Source: a virus. Taken from it: a DNA stretch of 49,234 nucleotides. Position 1 is the first letter of the stretch. Each line of letters begins with the position of its first letter. The stretch spans positions 1-49,234 of IMG/VR virus record IMGVR_UViG_3300012231_000004. One strand, given 5' to 3'. The notes under the pieces were generated by a model. The model searched no databases and was not told the DNA's origin. It saw only the letters and a list, made by a program, of their open reading frames with translations. This document shows, piece after piece, positions 27,058 to 35,476 of this stretch. The translations under genes were made by a program, and so were the position numbers.

Positions 27058-29342
27058 TATCCACCTACTCTTGTTGAAGCCGAATCTGGCTCTTGACCTT
27101 CTGGTGACTCATTGGGTGTTTGCGTTACCATCATTTGCATTAACTGATGGGCTTTCCAATGCATCACAACATTTTGATAACCTGCTGGATTTTCAAACTT
27201 AACCTTTTGACCCTTGGAGCTGTTTAACCATACCTTACAAACTTCCATTTCTACTCTATGGTCATCGAACTCCTCGGGTGGAATAGAAGATTCAAATCCT
27301 ATTGGAGAGTTAGGCGATGGGACTGGTTCAGCTTCTATTAAGCGGGCAATCTCTCGATACTGTTTAGTTCTGTCATTGATACCAGGAATATATAGTTCAG
27401 GAATAGCAAGAGCTTTCTTAACCAGTTCGTTGTTTTGCGGGTGGGAGATTAAGGACATTATCATTGGGTCTTTCGATTCAACCAATTGGAATAATGTATC
27501 CTTAATCTGGCCGGGTGTCATTGGTAACTGTTCAGAGAACTCTGGTTCACACTTACCTACTTCTCCGCGACCTAAAGCCATGTGGTCTACAGTAGTAGTG
27601 GTAAATCCACCGGAACCTTTTTCTACTAACTTCTCATCATATTCTAAATTCTTAGCATGTTCATTTACTGCCTTGTCAATAATATCTGCCCATAAGAAAG
27701 ATGCGATTGTTGCTATTGTTCCTAATCTTTGAAGCGCCTGGTTTTGCGATTTCGTGTATTCGGTGGCCGTTGAAGAACCAGGAACAGAGCCTCCATAAAC
27801 AGTAGGAAAATCTCCAGTAACAAACTCAGCAAGATTCTTATATTTTGCGTTAAGACCGACAACCTCTGGAGAAAGATTCGCAGCTTTAGTTTCAAAGAAG
27901 TTTTCGCCGATTCCTCGTCCAACTTCCTTAAATGCTTGTGTAACATTGCCAGGTTTGGCTTGTGCATCGCCATACTTATTGAAATCAATAGCGTCAGAAG
28001 CTATAAATAATTCAGAAATGCCATGTTCCATCGTCTGTAATTCAAGTTCATCAATTTCTGCATTGATGTCTTGAATCATTGCTAGATTCGTTCCGAGTGG
28101 CTCAGCATGTATAGAAGAAGAACGAGGGTCAATACCAATAGTCCAGTGCTCATCTAAATCCTCTGATATAATTTCAACCGCTTCGGTGTTTATATAGATT
28201 ACATAGCATCCGGTTGGATGAGCTTTGTTAATTGCATCCACTATTTCGCGGTTGGTGGAATCTTTACCACACATTAGCTCTAATTGCCAAGGTCTATACC
28301 AAGCACACTTAACAACTGCGGTATTTTGTGGTTGATTATTGAGATATACAGAAGGATAGCGAATAGTAGTGTCAGTTGCTGTATCAGCAGTAGAAGATTC
28401 TATATTTTCTACTAAAGGTTCTTCACCATTAGGTCCAGGAATACAGAAAATTGAGCGAAGTAAAGAGATTGGCTGGTCAAACTTGAGGATTAGGAAGCCA
28501 CAATGCTCTTGTGCTCTAGCAGAGTATGGGACTTTTACGTTTAAGACACCAAATGGGTCAATACTAACTCGAGATTTCTCTTTATCTACTTGAATAGGAA
28601 CAGAAACTTTTGTTGTTATAGGAGAAACTTCAGTATTTATCTGCTGTTGACAAGAAGCACACACCATTGATACGGATTCAGGAGCACCTTCACCGTATTG
28701 ATAACCGCAAATCGGACATTCATGATTATAAGCGGTTTGGTCCTGCAAGCTAGTTTCTTCTACTTGATATAATCCATACTTTCTGTCTTTTCTGGAGTAG
28801 GAATAGACGAAGGGAGTTCCCTGATTAAAGAGTATGGTAAGGATTTTGATATAGAGGAGCTTTGACTTATTGTGTTTCTGAACTACTTTGGCTAAGGCGC
28901 TAAAGTTTTCAGCTTTATCTATATCGTCGGCATTATCGGCATCGGCTGGAAAGAAAAGAACAGAAGGAACACCGACAGATAAAGCAGCAATAATAGACTC
29001 ACCGTGAGGCCGATAGATGTTGATAATACGAGGTGGAATACCTTCAGATTCTTTCTCGTCCCAGTTAGGAATAGCCCAATCATTAGTAAGGTTATCCCAA
29101 AACAATGTAACAATATTATTGAAATAGAGTTCAAGACGCTTTGCCTTTCTAACCCAAGCATAGTGAACCGCTTCATCTTCTCTTTCACAAGAAGATAAAA
29201 GGGAAGCCAACATACTTTTCCAATCTTCTGGAACAGCAGTTGGTTGCTTAGGCTTTTCCTCGTCGGTAGAATCCAATACCTGTTTGTCCGTCATCTCTGG
29301 CGGAGGTATTGATAATCCCGTTGGAGGTTGTTCTATTGGCAT
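27057..29342 (-). CDS. Portal protein (with an inserted CxxC...CxxC zinc ribbon)
   Basis: 761 aa, lying between the terminase and scaffold genes. ECPICGYQYGEGAPESVSMVCASCQQ is encoded at nt ~28647-28720. Confidence 0.65.
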   Translation of the reverse strand: MPIEQPPTGLSIPPPEMTDKQVLDSTDEEKPKQPTAVPEDWKSMLASLLSSCEREDEAVHYAWVRKAKRLELYFNNIVTLFWDNLTNDWAIPNWDEKESEGIPPRIINIYRPHGESIIAALSVGVPSVLFFPADADNADDIDKAENFSALAKVVQKHNKSKLLYIKILTILFNQGTPFVYSYSRKDRKYGLYQVEETSLQDQTAYNHECPICGYQYGEGAPESVSMVCASCQQQINTEVSPITTKVSVPIQVDKEKSRVSIDPFGVLNVKVPYSARAQEHCGFLILKFDQPISLLRSIFCIPGPNGEEPLVENIESSTADTATDTTIRYPSVYLNNQPQNTAVVKCAWYRPWQLELMCGKDSTNREIVDAINKAHPTGCYVIYINTEAVEIISEDLDEHWTIGIDPRSSSIHAEPLGTNLAMIQDINAEIDELELQTMEHGISELFIASDAIDFNKYGDAQAKPGNVTQAFKEVGRGIGENFFETKAANLSPEVVGLNAKYKNLAEFVTGDFPTVYGGSVPGSSTATEYTKSQNQALQRLGTIATIASFLWADIIDKAVNEHAKNLEYDEKLVEKGSGGFTTTTVDHMALGRGEVGKCEPEFSEQLPMTPGQIKDTLFQLVESKDPMIMSLISHPQNNELVKKALAIPELYIPGINDRTKQYREIARLIEAEPVPSPNSPIGFESSIPPEEFDDHRVEMEVCKVWLNSSKGQKVKFENPAGYQNVVMHWKAHQLMQMMVTQTPNESPEGQEPDSASTRVGG

Positions 29343-29345
29343 TTA

Positions 29346-29720
29346 TTACTCGTTAACAATTTGTTTGTCGTATTCAGCTTCAGTTACAGGCTCATGCTTA
29401 CGCTGATTAAATGCAACCTGCTCTCTCATCCTAGTATGGACTGACTTATATCCTCTGTTAGATTTGAAGTCTACTTCATTCCTAACTCTTTCAGGACGTT
29501 CTTCTTTAAGCTGAGCACGTAACCAAGCTATCTCATCCTGAAGATATACTATAAATTCGTTCTTAGAATTAACGAAAGCGTCGAAAGCCTCTACGTCTAA
29601 ATGTATAACTCGAATCTTGTTTCTTTCCTTGTTTGCTCTCCAGGAACTCCATCTTTCTGTAATAAGATGTTTGGTCCCCGTTAGCCAATTCTGTAAGTGC
29701 TTCATTAGATTTTTGAGCAT
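29346..29720 (-). CDS. Hypothetical coiled-coil protein between TerL and portal
   Basis: 124-aa ORF. The only ATG starts (29720 and 29705) lie inside the 3' end of terL in another frame. Confidence 0.4.
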   Translation of the reverse strand: MLKNLMKHLQNWLTGTKHLITERWSSWRANKERNKIRVIHLDVEAFDAFVNSKNEFIVYLQDEIAWLRAQLKEERPERVRNEVDFKSNRGYKSVHTRMREQVAFNQRKHEPVTEAEYDKQIVNE

Positions 29721-31242
29721 GTTCTAAACTTTTTGCATTAGCAACCTGATAGTCCTTAATTCCACCCAACAGGATACGCAAGCAATCGTAAGGGTCATCA
29801 CCATCAAACTCTTTAACATCTTCTGCCTTCTTTCCTTCATCTGGACTATCTTCATATACACAAGCGGGTAATGTTTCTATGAGCAACGGACAACTGTTAA
29901 AAATCTGAAGCTTTGGAAGATTATCTTCTTCCTTTTGTGTTTCGAACATCCTAACATAATCCACATATGCTTTCTGCCCATAGAGCCTAAAAATCTTATC
30001 CGCATAGTCTTTATCAAAATCTCCATATATCTTGATGGGGTTCTCTTTAGGACTCCATCTTAAGAACTCATGGACTGCAATCTTTCCATTGATTCGATTC
30101 TTTTCCCCTAGTGTTACTGGGCACTTAAAGTCAGCGTGTCTTAGGGCGCGGGTTAGCTGTTCATATATAGTAGCAGGTTCTCCCCGGTTCTGGTCTGCTG
30201 AATGACATATAGCTACCTTTGATACTAGAACCTTTTCTTCTGGTTCAGTTAAGTTTACTAAATCTGAAAGGTAATCTACTATCAATCTTTCCTTTACTGC
30301 ATACTCTCTATATATGTATATCCTACCAGTAGGAGCTAAAGCAGCCCAGTAAACAACAGTATAAGCAGCAAAACCCCAATCAATTCCAATAAAACGAGGC
30401 CACCAAGACGGAATAGTAAAAGGTTCAATAACATGCCTAGCATTATCCGGCTCATCTGATAAAGGTTCAAGTCTAAACTCTTTGAAGACTTGTCCTTCGT
30501 ATGTATCCCAATCGCCATATAGTTTAGCTTTCTTCTCTGCTTCTGACAGAGACATTAGCTGCTGTATATATTCTGGATTGTTTGCTAATAGAGTTGGATT
30601 ATCCTGAATCCTTGCTGGAATAAAGATTCTCTTTAAGCCAGTCTTTCCATCTATTAAGAGTTTATATCCTTCCTTATAAGGTTTAACAAATCTGTTTTTG
30701 AAATAGGAATGGCCAACATTTCCTGGATTCGTTCCACTTCTTGCAATCGCTGGTAAGTCGGCGCATCTACTGCGTAAGCGAGACATGACGAGATAGGAAT
30801 ATTGGAACTCTGTAAAATGGGTCGCTTCATCATAGGATATGAGATTATACTGGTCTGAGTCAAACTTTCTAATATCGTCTTCTTTATCTGCTCCCCCGAA
30901 GTATTGGACAGCTCCACTTGGGAATGTCCATTTCTTTTTTGTTTCATTAAATACTGCTCCTAATGCTGGATATATCTCTTTGCTTCTTGATATTAACTCT
31001 GTCTCTAACTGCTTTAAGTTTCTTCTTAATATGATTCCTTTATAAAGAGGATGCTCATGGAACTGATATATTAAGGGCATCCATACTACTACTTCCGTTT
31101 TACCCGCGCCGGCTGCTCCACCATATAAAGCTTCTTTAACAGACCAAGGAATAGAGATAAAATCATTCTGCTTCTTAGTAGGATTGAACTCTCTTTCTAC
31201 TACAGAAGTAACTTCTATCTGTTGTGCCTTGGCTTGGAACAT
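29569..31242 (-). CDS. terL: Terminase large subunit
   Basis: Walker A GGAAGAGKTEV, Walker B LISYDEATHF, and nuclease-domain acidic motifs IGIDWGF and DDPYDCLR. Confidence 0.85.
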   Translation of the reverse strand: MFQAKAQQIEVTSVVEREFNPTKKQNDFISIPWSVKEALYGGAAGAGKTEVVVWMPLIYQFHEHPLYKGIILRRNLKQLETELISRSKEIYPALGAVFNETKKKWTFPSGAVQYFGGADKEDDIRKFDSDQYNLISYDEATHFTEFQYSYLVMSRLRSRCADLPAIARSGTNPGNVGHSYFKNRFVKPYKEGYKLLIDGKTGLKRIFIPARIQDNPTLLANNPEYIQQLMSLSEAEKKAKLYGDWDTYEGQVFKEFRLEPLSDEPDNARHVIEPFTIPSWWPRFIGIDWGFAAYTVVYWAALAPTGRIYIYREYAVKERLIVDYLSDLVNLTEPEEKVLVSKVAICHSADQNRGEPATIYEQLTRALRHADFKCPVTLGEKNRINGKIAVHEFLRWSPKENPIKIYGDFDKDYADKIFRLYGQKAYVDYVRMFETQKEEDNLPKLQIFNSCPLLIETLPACVYEDSPDEGKKAEDVKEFDGDDPYDCLRILLGGIKDYQVANAKSLEHAQKSNEALTELANGDQTSYYRKMEFLESKQGKKQDSSYTFRRRGFRRFR

Positions 31243-31377
31243 TGTCTTTAATAGGGACCAAGACTTTTTAAGAACTTAAATAATTTTGATATAATACCAG
31301 AAATGCTACTTTCTGACATCTCCTCTGATAGAATCTCTCTATTATCTTCTGTAATAACTAATTTTGCTTTATACATA

Positions 31378-31764
31378 TTAAACAGCCGGCTCTAAATGCC
31401 ACTGAACATTCAGTTTACCAACTACCCCATTACCGCCCGGACCTAAAGTAACAGAGAATGTTTTATCTGTCTGACCTGGGATATAGAGATTCAGAACTCC
31501 AGTTAAGTCTGGAATATCTGCATCCCATTTAATCTTGTCATCCAATCTAATAGTAAGTCTACCTGTAACTGGTGCAGCTTGAGAAGTAGCATCAGTTTGT
31601 TTCTTATATGAATACTGAATTGCATCAAGAACCCAAATCCTGTCACCTGATTCCTCGGGTGGCTGTGCAATTACTACAGCATTTCCTGGTGTGGATTCTG
31701 CTGAATCAGTATTGACTGACCTATATGTAGACTGATGACCTTCACCAATTAACTTGGTAATCAT
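31378..31764 (-). CDS. Hypothetical beta-rich protein
   Basis: 128-aa ORF upstream of terL, co-oriented. Confidence 0.45.
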   Translation of the reverse strand: MITKLIGEGHQSTYRSVNTDSAESTPGNAVVIAQPPEESGDRIWVLDAIQYSYKKQTDATSQAAPVTGRLTIRLDDKIKWDADIPDLTGVLNLYIPGQTDKTFSVTLGPGGNGVVGKLNVQWHLEPAV

Positions 31765-31821
31765 TGTTTATCCTGAAAAGGTTGGGGAGACTTTTTTGGT
31801 TGTTTGTTCAGCGTGAAACGC

Positions 31822-32370
31822 TTAGGGATTATTCAAAGCACGATACTCATTCACCTTTGCCCAGTAAGGACTGTTGTGAGGAATATGGCTCTCACCTTGT
31901 GGATACTGCTTGAGGAAGTCTCCAATCTCCTTTAACAAAGCAACCTTCTTTTCTCTGATTGCTTTTGCATCTGGAGTTTCAACAGACTGAGTTCCACCAC
32001 CAGCAGGAGGATTCATAGCCAAACCAATCCTTACTTCACTAGCAGGTTTCTCAGATTGAGTCTGAGGCATATTAGCTGGATTGGATGGATTGACTGGAAC
32101 TGTTACCGGACTCAATGGATTGTTGGGATTGGCTAACTGAGAGGGGTCATTCTCTTTAGGAGAACCCTGATTAGGAGAGTAACCAGGAAGAACATCCTTC
32201 ATATCCATTGAACCATCTGGAATGGAGTTCTGAACTGGAACTACTGCTGTTGCTCCAACTACTGCTTTTCCTGTTGGAGACAATACCTTTCCTGTTGGCG
32301 GAGGTGTCTGCACAAGTGGGTCTTTTGGAACTAAGTGTGGATTGTCTACGCTTTTCTTTTCTTCGTTCAT
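31822..32370 (-). CDS. Pro/Asn-rich hypothetical protein
   Basis: 182-aa ORF with a low-complexity P-rich centre. Confidence 0.4.
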   Translation of the reverse strand: MNEEKKSVDNPHLVPKDPLVQTPPPTGKVLSPTGKAVVGATAVVPVQNSIPDGSMDMKDVLPGYSPNQGSPKENDPSQLANPNNPLSPVTVPVNPSNPANMPQTQSEKPASEVRIGLAMNPPAGGGTQSVETPDAKAIREKKVALLKEIGDFLKQYPQGESHIPHNSPYWAKVNEYRALNNP

Positions 32371-32404
32371 TGTCGGTCCCCTTTTTGTTTGGTCAGTTCA
32401 CGAT

Positions 32405-32788
32405 TCAGTGTTTGAATGTCCCACTTACAGAAATGGGAATTGTTGTAAAGTCAGAGAAGGTTGCTTCTCTAAAGATATTTCCATTCACAATAATCTGAAC
32501 TGATAAAAAAGGAAACAAAGTAGGAATAGGATAGTTAAGAGGCAATGCTTCTAATGTTAGAAAGATAGAAGACTTAGTGCTAGTAAACTCAGTATTAAAA
32601 GGCAAAGTAGATATAACTTGTTGTAACCCGTCAGGACCTTCATATCTAATCCTGGTAGTAATGGCATTACCAGTCACCCGGAACTCTATCTTATCTTTCC
32701 ATACATATTCAGATGGATTGGCTGGTAATATTACGTCAGTGCATGATAGAATGAACAACGCTGATAGGACGGTCAATACATACTTCAT
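32405..32788 (-). CDS. Putative lipoprotein
   Basis: Signal peptide MKYVLTVLSALFILSC with a lipobox-like ILSC. Confidence 0.55.
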   Translation of the reverse strand: MKYVLTVLSALFILSCTDVILPANPSEYVWKDKIEFRVTGNAITTRIRYEGPDGLQQVISTLPFNTEFTSTKSSIFLTLEALPLNYPIPTLFPFLSVQIIVNGNIFREATFSDFTTIPISVSGTFKH

Positions 32789-32812
32789 AACACCCCTTTT
32801 AGGATTTACAAA

Positions 32813-33346
32813 CTAAACAGTAATGGATTGATAATGCTTTTCTTCCCGCATTGCAGGAACATTGATTATAATAGCTGTTTTGTTTCCTTTACCATTATCT
32901 TTATCACCATTAACTCTATCTAAGATTTTGGACATATCGGTGGCAATCTTAGATGCTTCTGTTGCAGAAGTGTTATGAAGATTACCCGCGACCTGACCTA
33001 ATGCTGCTGCTAGATTAGTTACTAGCTGTTCTTCTATCTTCTTATTTCCTTCTAAAGTAGCTTTTGCTCTGTCTTGTATAGTATCTTTAATATCATCTCT
33101 TAGTTCTTTATCTAATCCAATAGTAGGTGATGTTAGTGCTCTAGAGGCATTACTAACTGTCATCTGAGAAACACCAACTAAATCTGCAATATTCTTTTGA
33201 GTATCTGTTTCCTCTAATACTCCAATAAGAACTCTATCCTCATGAGTTAAACGTCTCTCTGGCTTCCTTACCTTTCGCTCTCTTTCAACGATTTGAACTT
33301 CAGTTCTCTTTAATCGTTGTTCTAGTTCTTCTTTGGTAATATACAT
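32813..33346 (-). CDS. Helix-turn-helix DNA-binding protein (candidate small terminase or late regulator)
   Basis: QKNIADLVGVSQMTVSNASRAL is a classic HTH. Second gene of the leftward arm. Confidence 0.5.
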   Translation of the reverse strand: MYITKEELEQRLKRTEVQIVERERKVRKPERRLTHEDRVLIGVLEETDTQKNIADLVGVSQMTVSNASRALTSPTIGLDKELRDDIKDTIQDRAKATLEGNKKIEEQLVTNLAAALGQVAGNLHNTSATEASKIATDMSKILDRVNGDKDNGKGNKTAIIINVPAMREEKHYQSITV

Positions 33347-33347
33347 T

Positions 33348-33794
33348 TCATTGTTCTCCAGCTAAGTATCGTTTGAATTCTCTACTTTTTGGTATTGCAC
33401 GATACTTGTTGAATTTTGTAATATTGTTTGTTCTATAGAATGTTAAGCAAGGAGGACAACAAGCAACTTGTTCTTTTGTTTCAAATCTATGGTTGCAACG
33501 AATACAAATCTTTTCAGTTAAAACTCCATTATACTTCGGAGTTAATTTCTTTATGAGTTCTCTTTCTAATTCTCTTGGATTATTTGTATGCCAAATGTCT
33601 ATAAAATCTTCTTCTAATCGTTTCTCTACTTTACCTATAACATGATGATTACCAAATGGCCTCCAGCTTCCTATAAAACTCATTCCAATATATAAGTAAG
33701 TTTCTATTCTTCTCCAACCATATACTATTCTTCCTTCATAAAAATCATTCTCTTTTAAGGACTTGATTGGGGATACATCAACCCAAGTGCTCAT
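33348..33794 (-). CDS. GIY-YIG homing endonuclease with a C-terminal zinc finger
   Basis: RIVYGWRRIETYLYIGMS (GIY...YIG), a conserved R (SWRPFG), ELERELIKKLTPKYN, and CIRCNHRF...CCPPC. Confidence 0.6.
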   Translation of the reverse strand: MSTWVDVSPIKSLKENDFYEGRIVYGWRRIETYLYIGMSFIGSWRPFGNHHVIGKVEKRLEEDFIDIWHTNNPRELERELIKKLTPKYNGVLTEKICIRCNHRFETKEQVACCPPCLTFYRTNNITKFNKYRAIPKSREFKRYLAGEQ

Positions 33795-34294
33795 TACCTA
33801 CCATAGCACGTCTGTCAAGCGTTTTTTCCTAGCAATTTTGCTGTCCACACTTTGTCCCTAATCTGGGACTGTCCCAATTATTTTTCTAAATTTTGTTTTT
33901 CAATATTTATCTTAACAATCCTTTTCTACTTTACTGCAACAATCCTTTTTATACTTTTGGTCCAATATCACTCAGTATCTACCTTTCCCCGCTGACATAA
34001 GATATGGAACCGTAATGATTTGGGGTATGGGGTAGGGGGTATACTATACTCCAGTATACTATCATTAGGGTAAATGACCATAGGAAGACAAATGTCATCT
34101 GTCAGGCAGAATGGCAGACTTCTTATCCTTTGGCCTTTCAATTACTGGCCTGTATCCTCACATTAGGTCTGGTATAGCCGTTGCACTATAGGTCGGTGCA
34201 AGGCACGGCGGGTAACATTAGGCTTTGCCTTGTGTCTTCCCTTATTGCGCTGGAAAAACATCCCAGAGATAAGGCCGGACATAGTTCTTTGACA

Positions 34295-34326
34295 ACTGAA
34301 TATTGGCTAATCCAAGGGTTTGGATT
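34295..34326. repeat. Left arm of a 32-bp inverted repeat (partner at 35234..35265)
   Basis: ACTGAATATTGGCTAATCCAAGGGTTTGGATT matches the reverse complement of the right arm, ACTGAATATTGGCTAACCCAAAGATTAGGATT. 28/32 identical, with a perfect 16-bp core. Confidence 0.9.
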
Positions 34327-34365
34327 CCCTAAAGCTGACGAGCCTTTCACTGGAGAGGTAAGTCA

Positions 34366-34995
34366 ATGACCGAGATACTGAATACCGTCATCTCATTCAC
34401 GCTAAACCTTTGCCGTATTTCACGGCGAGGTAAGGCAGCCAAGGGGCACGTTACGGTCCATACGTTTGGCATTCCCGTTCTTAACCCGGACGGTATTGCT
34501 AAGGACTGGGATTACACGCCATTCGCAAACGGCAATATGTCGGATGCGATTGATGCGGTCCGTAGTCTTGGAATCAATCCTGTAATCGCTTTATTGCAGG
34601 GTGCCGACTTGGTAAACAAGTCTGATTCCATGCGTAAGCAAAACCAGCTCGGATTGCTTACGGCCAGAGTCCTTGAGATGGGATTGGCTCCAGATACTTC
34701 AGCGGCAGCTAAGATTGCCGATGCAATTCTGGAAACAATCAGACTCCAGCTTAAGGCTGGAATGGACCCGGACGATATTCCAACAGTAGAGTTTATGTTG
34801 GAATCCAAGCGTAAGAGACTGGCAAAGACAAATGCCAATCTTCCGCGACTCGTGGACAACCGCAATATCATTCCAGTCGATGAGATTGGTGATATTGAAT
34901 CTGACGATGATTCAGACGATGAGTTATCCGATGATGAAGACAACGACGAATCCGATTCAGACGATTCTGATTCGGACGAGGACAACCGCCTGTAA
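34366..34995 (+). CDS. Early protein with an extreme poly-Asp/Ser/Glu C-terminal tail (candidate DNA mimic / anti-restriction)
   Basis: 209 aa with a GGAGAGG RBS 7 nt upstream. The tail DIESDDDSDDELSDDEDNDESDSDDSDSDEDN is encoded at nt ~34882-34992. A sampled 60 nt gives ~50% GC, against ~37% elsewhere. Confidence 0.65.
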   Translation: MTEILNTVISFTLNLCRISRRGKAAKGHVTVHTFGIPVLNPDGIAKDWDYTPFANGNMSDAIDAVRSLGINPVIALLQGADLVNKSDSMRKQNQLGLLTARVLEMGLAPDTSAAAKIADAILETIRLQLKAGMDPDDIPTVEFMLESKRKRLAKTNANLPRLVDNRNIIPVDEIGDIESDDDSDDELSDDEDNDESDSDDSDSDEDNRL

Positions 34996-35067
34996 GTTAA
35001 CCCGGTTCGTCAGCTTCATGGAGTCCAAACCTTAGGATAGATTAGTGGGCTAGAATAGGAGCACACT

Positions 35068-35211
35068 ATGACAGAGAACGATAGAGTAGCCAGATTGATT
35101 CTCCAGTTCTGTTTGGTGACTGTAATGAGACAGAAAAGTCATTACAGAATGTCATCTGAGGAAATGGTTAGGGCATTCCTTACGTTCGTTAGGACTCACA
35201 ACCTACAATAA
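35068..35211 (+). CDS. Small hypothetical protein (47 aa)
   Basis: AGGAG RBS 6 nt upstream of the ATG. MTENDRVARLILQFCLVTVMRQKSHYRMSSEEMVRAFLTFVRTHNLQ. Below the ORF-track cutoff. Confidence 0.4.
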   Translation: MTENDRVARLILQFCLVTVMRQKSHYRMSSEEMVRAFLTFVRTHNLQ

Positions 35212-35233
35212 CCTGTAATTCAGCCCACTATTC

Positions 35234-35265
35234 AATCCTAATCTTTGGGTTAGCCAATATTCAGT
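35234..35265. repeat. Right arm of the 32-bp inverted repeat (partner at 34295..34326)
   Basis: AATCCTAATCTTTGGGTTAGCCAATATTCAGT, read directly. Confidence 0.9.
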
Positions 35266-35421
35266 AAGTTAACTCTATGGGAGTAGCAATTTTATATTGC
35301 TGGCTTTGTAATCCGAACTCCAGCTCGTGTATAAATTAAGGTTTATAGAATATGAAATGATAATATTAGTGTCTAAACAACTAAAGCGAATGACTTTTCC
35401 AGATACCTTGGGGAGCCTCTG

Positions 35422-35476
35422 CTATTTGACCGTATATCGACCGTGTATCGACTGATAATCGACCGATATTCGACCG
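35422..35476 (+). repeat. Left iteron array: five tandem 11-bp units (consensus wTATTCGACCG / TATATCGACCG)
   Basis: ctatttgaccg tatatcgaccg tgtatcgactg ataatcgaccg atattcgaccg, with exact 11-bp phasing. Confidence 0.85.

Noticed and set aside
2165-31242. Inteins or group I introns splitting the polymerase, terminase, portal or helicase genes, given the number of homing endonucleases.
   Set aside because: All of these ORFs are continuous and of normal length with their motifs in order. The endonuclease genes are free-standing between genes.
31248-31376. 42-aa minus-strand ORF in the gap between the 128-aa gene and terL.
   Set aside because: There is no Shine-Dalgarno sequence upstream and no conservation evidence is available. 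It is possible but unsupported.
33797-33827. TTGACA on the late strand (complement of 33822-27) as the late promoter.
   Set aside because: With 16-17-nt spacing the -10 would be TAATGA or AATGAG, overlapping the ATG of the GIY-YIG gene. That would imply an improbable leaderless or internal start.
34181-34369. 62-aa ORF upstream of the acidic-protein gene.
   Set aside because: It needs a TTG start, has no RBS, and runs through the hairpin-dense GC-rich leader and the left inverted-repeat arm. It is more likely non-coding.
34512-34985. 157-aa Ser-rich antisense ORF. The analogous 26651..26938 ORF lies opposite the scaffold acidic tract.
   Set aside because: The reverse complement of GAT/GAC/GAA-rich acidic repeats reads as a Ser-rich ORF, so these are a compositional artefact.
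34295-35265. Invertible (shufflon or Gin-like) segment as the interpretation of the 32-bp inverted repeat.
   Set aside because: No recombinase or invertase gene is present in the genome. Inversion would also point the two enclosed genes against the early transcription direction.
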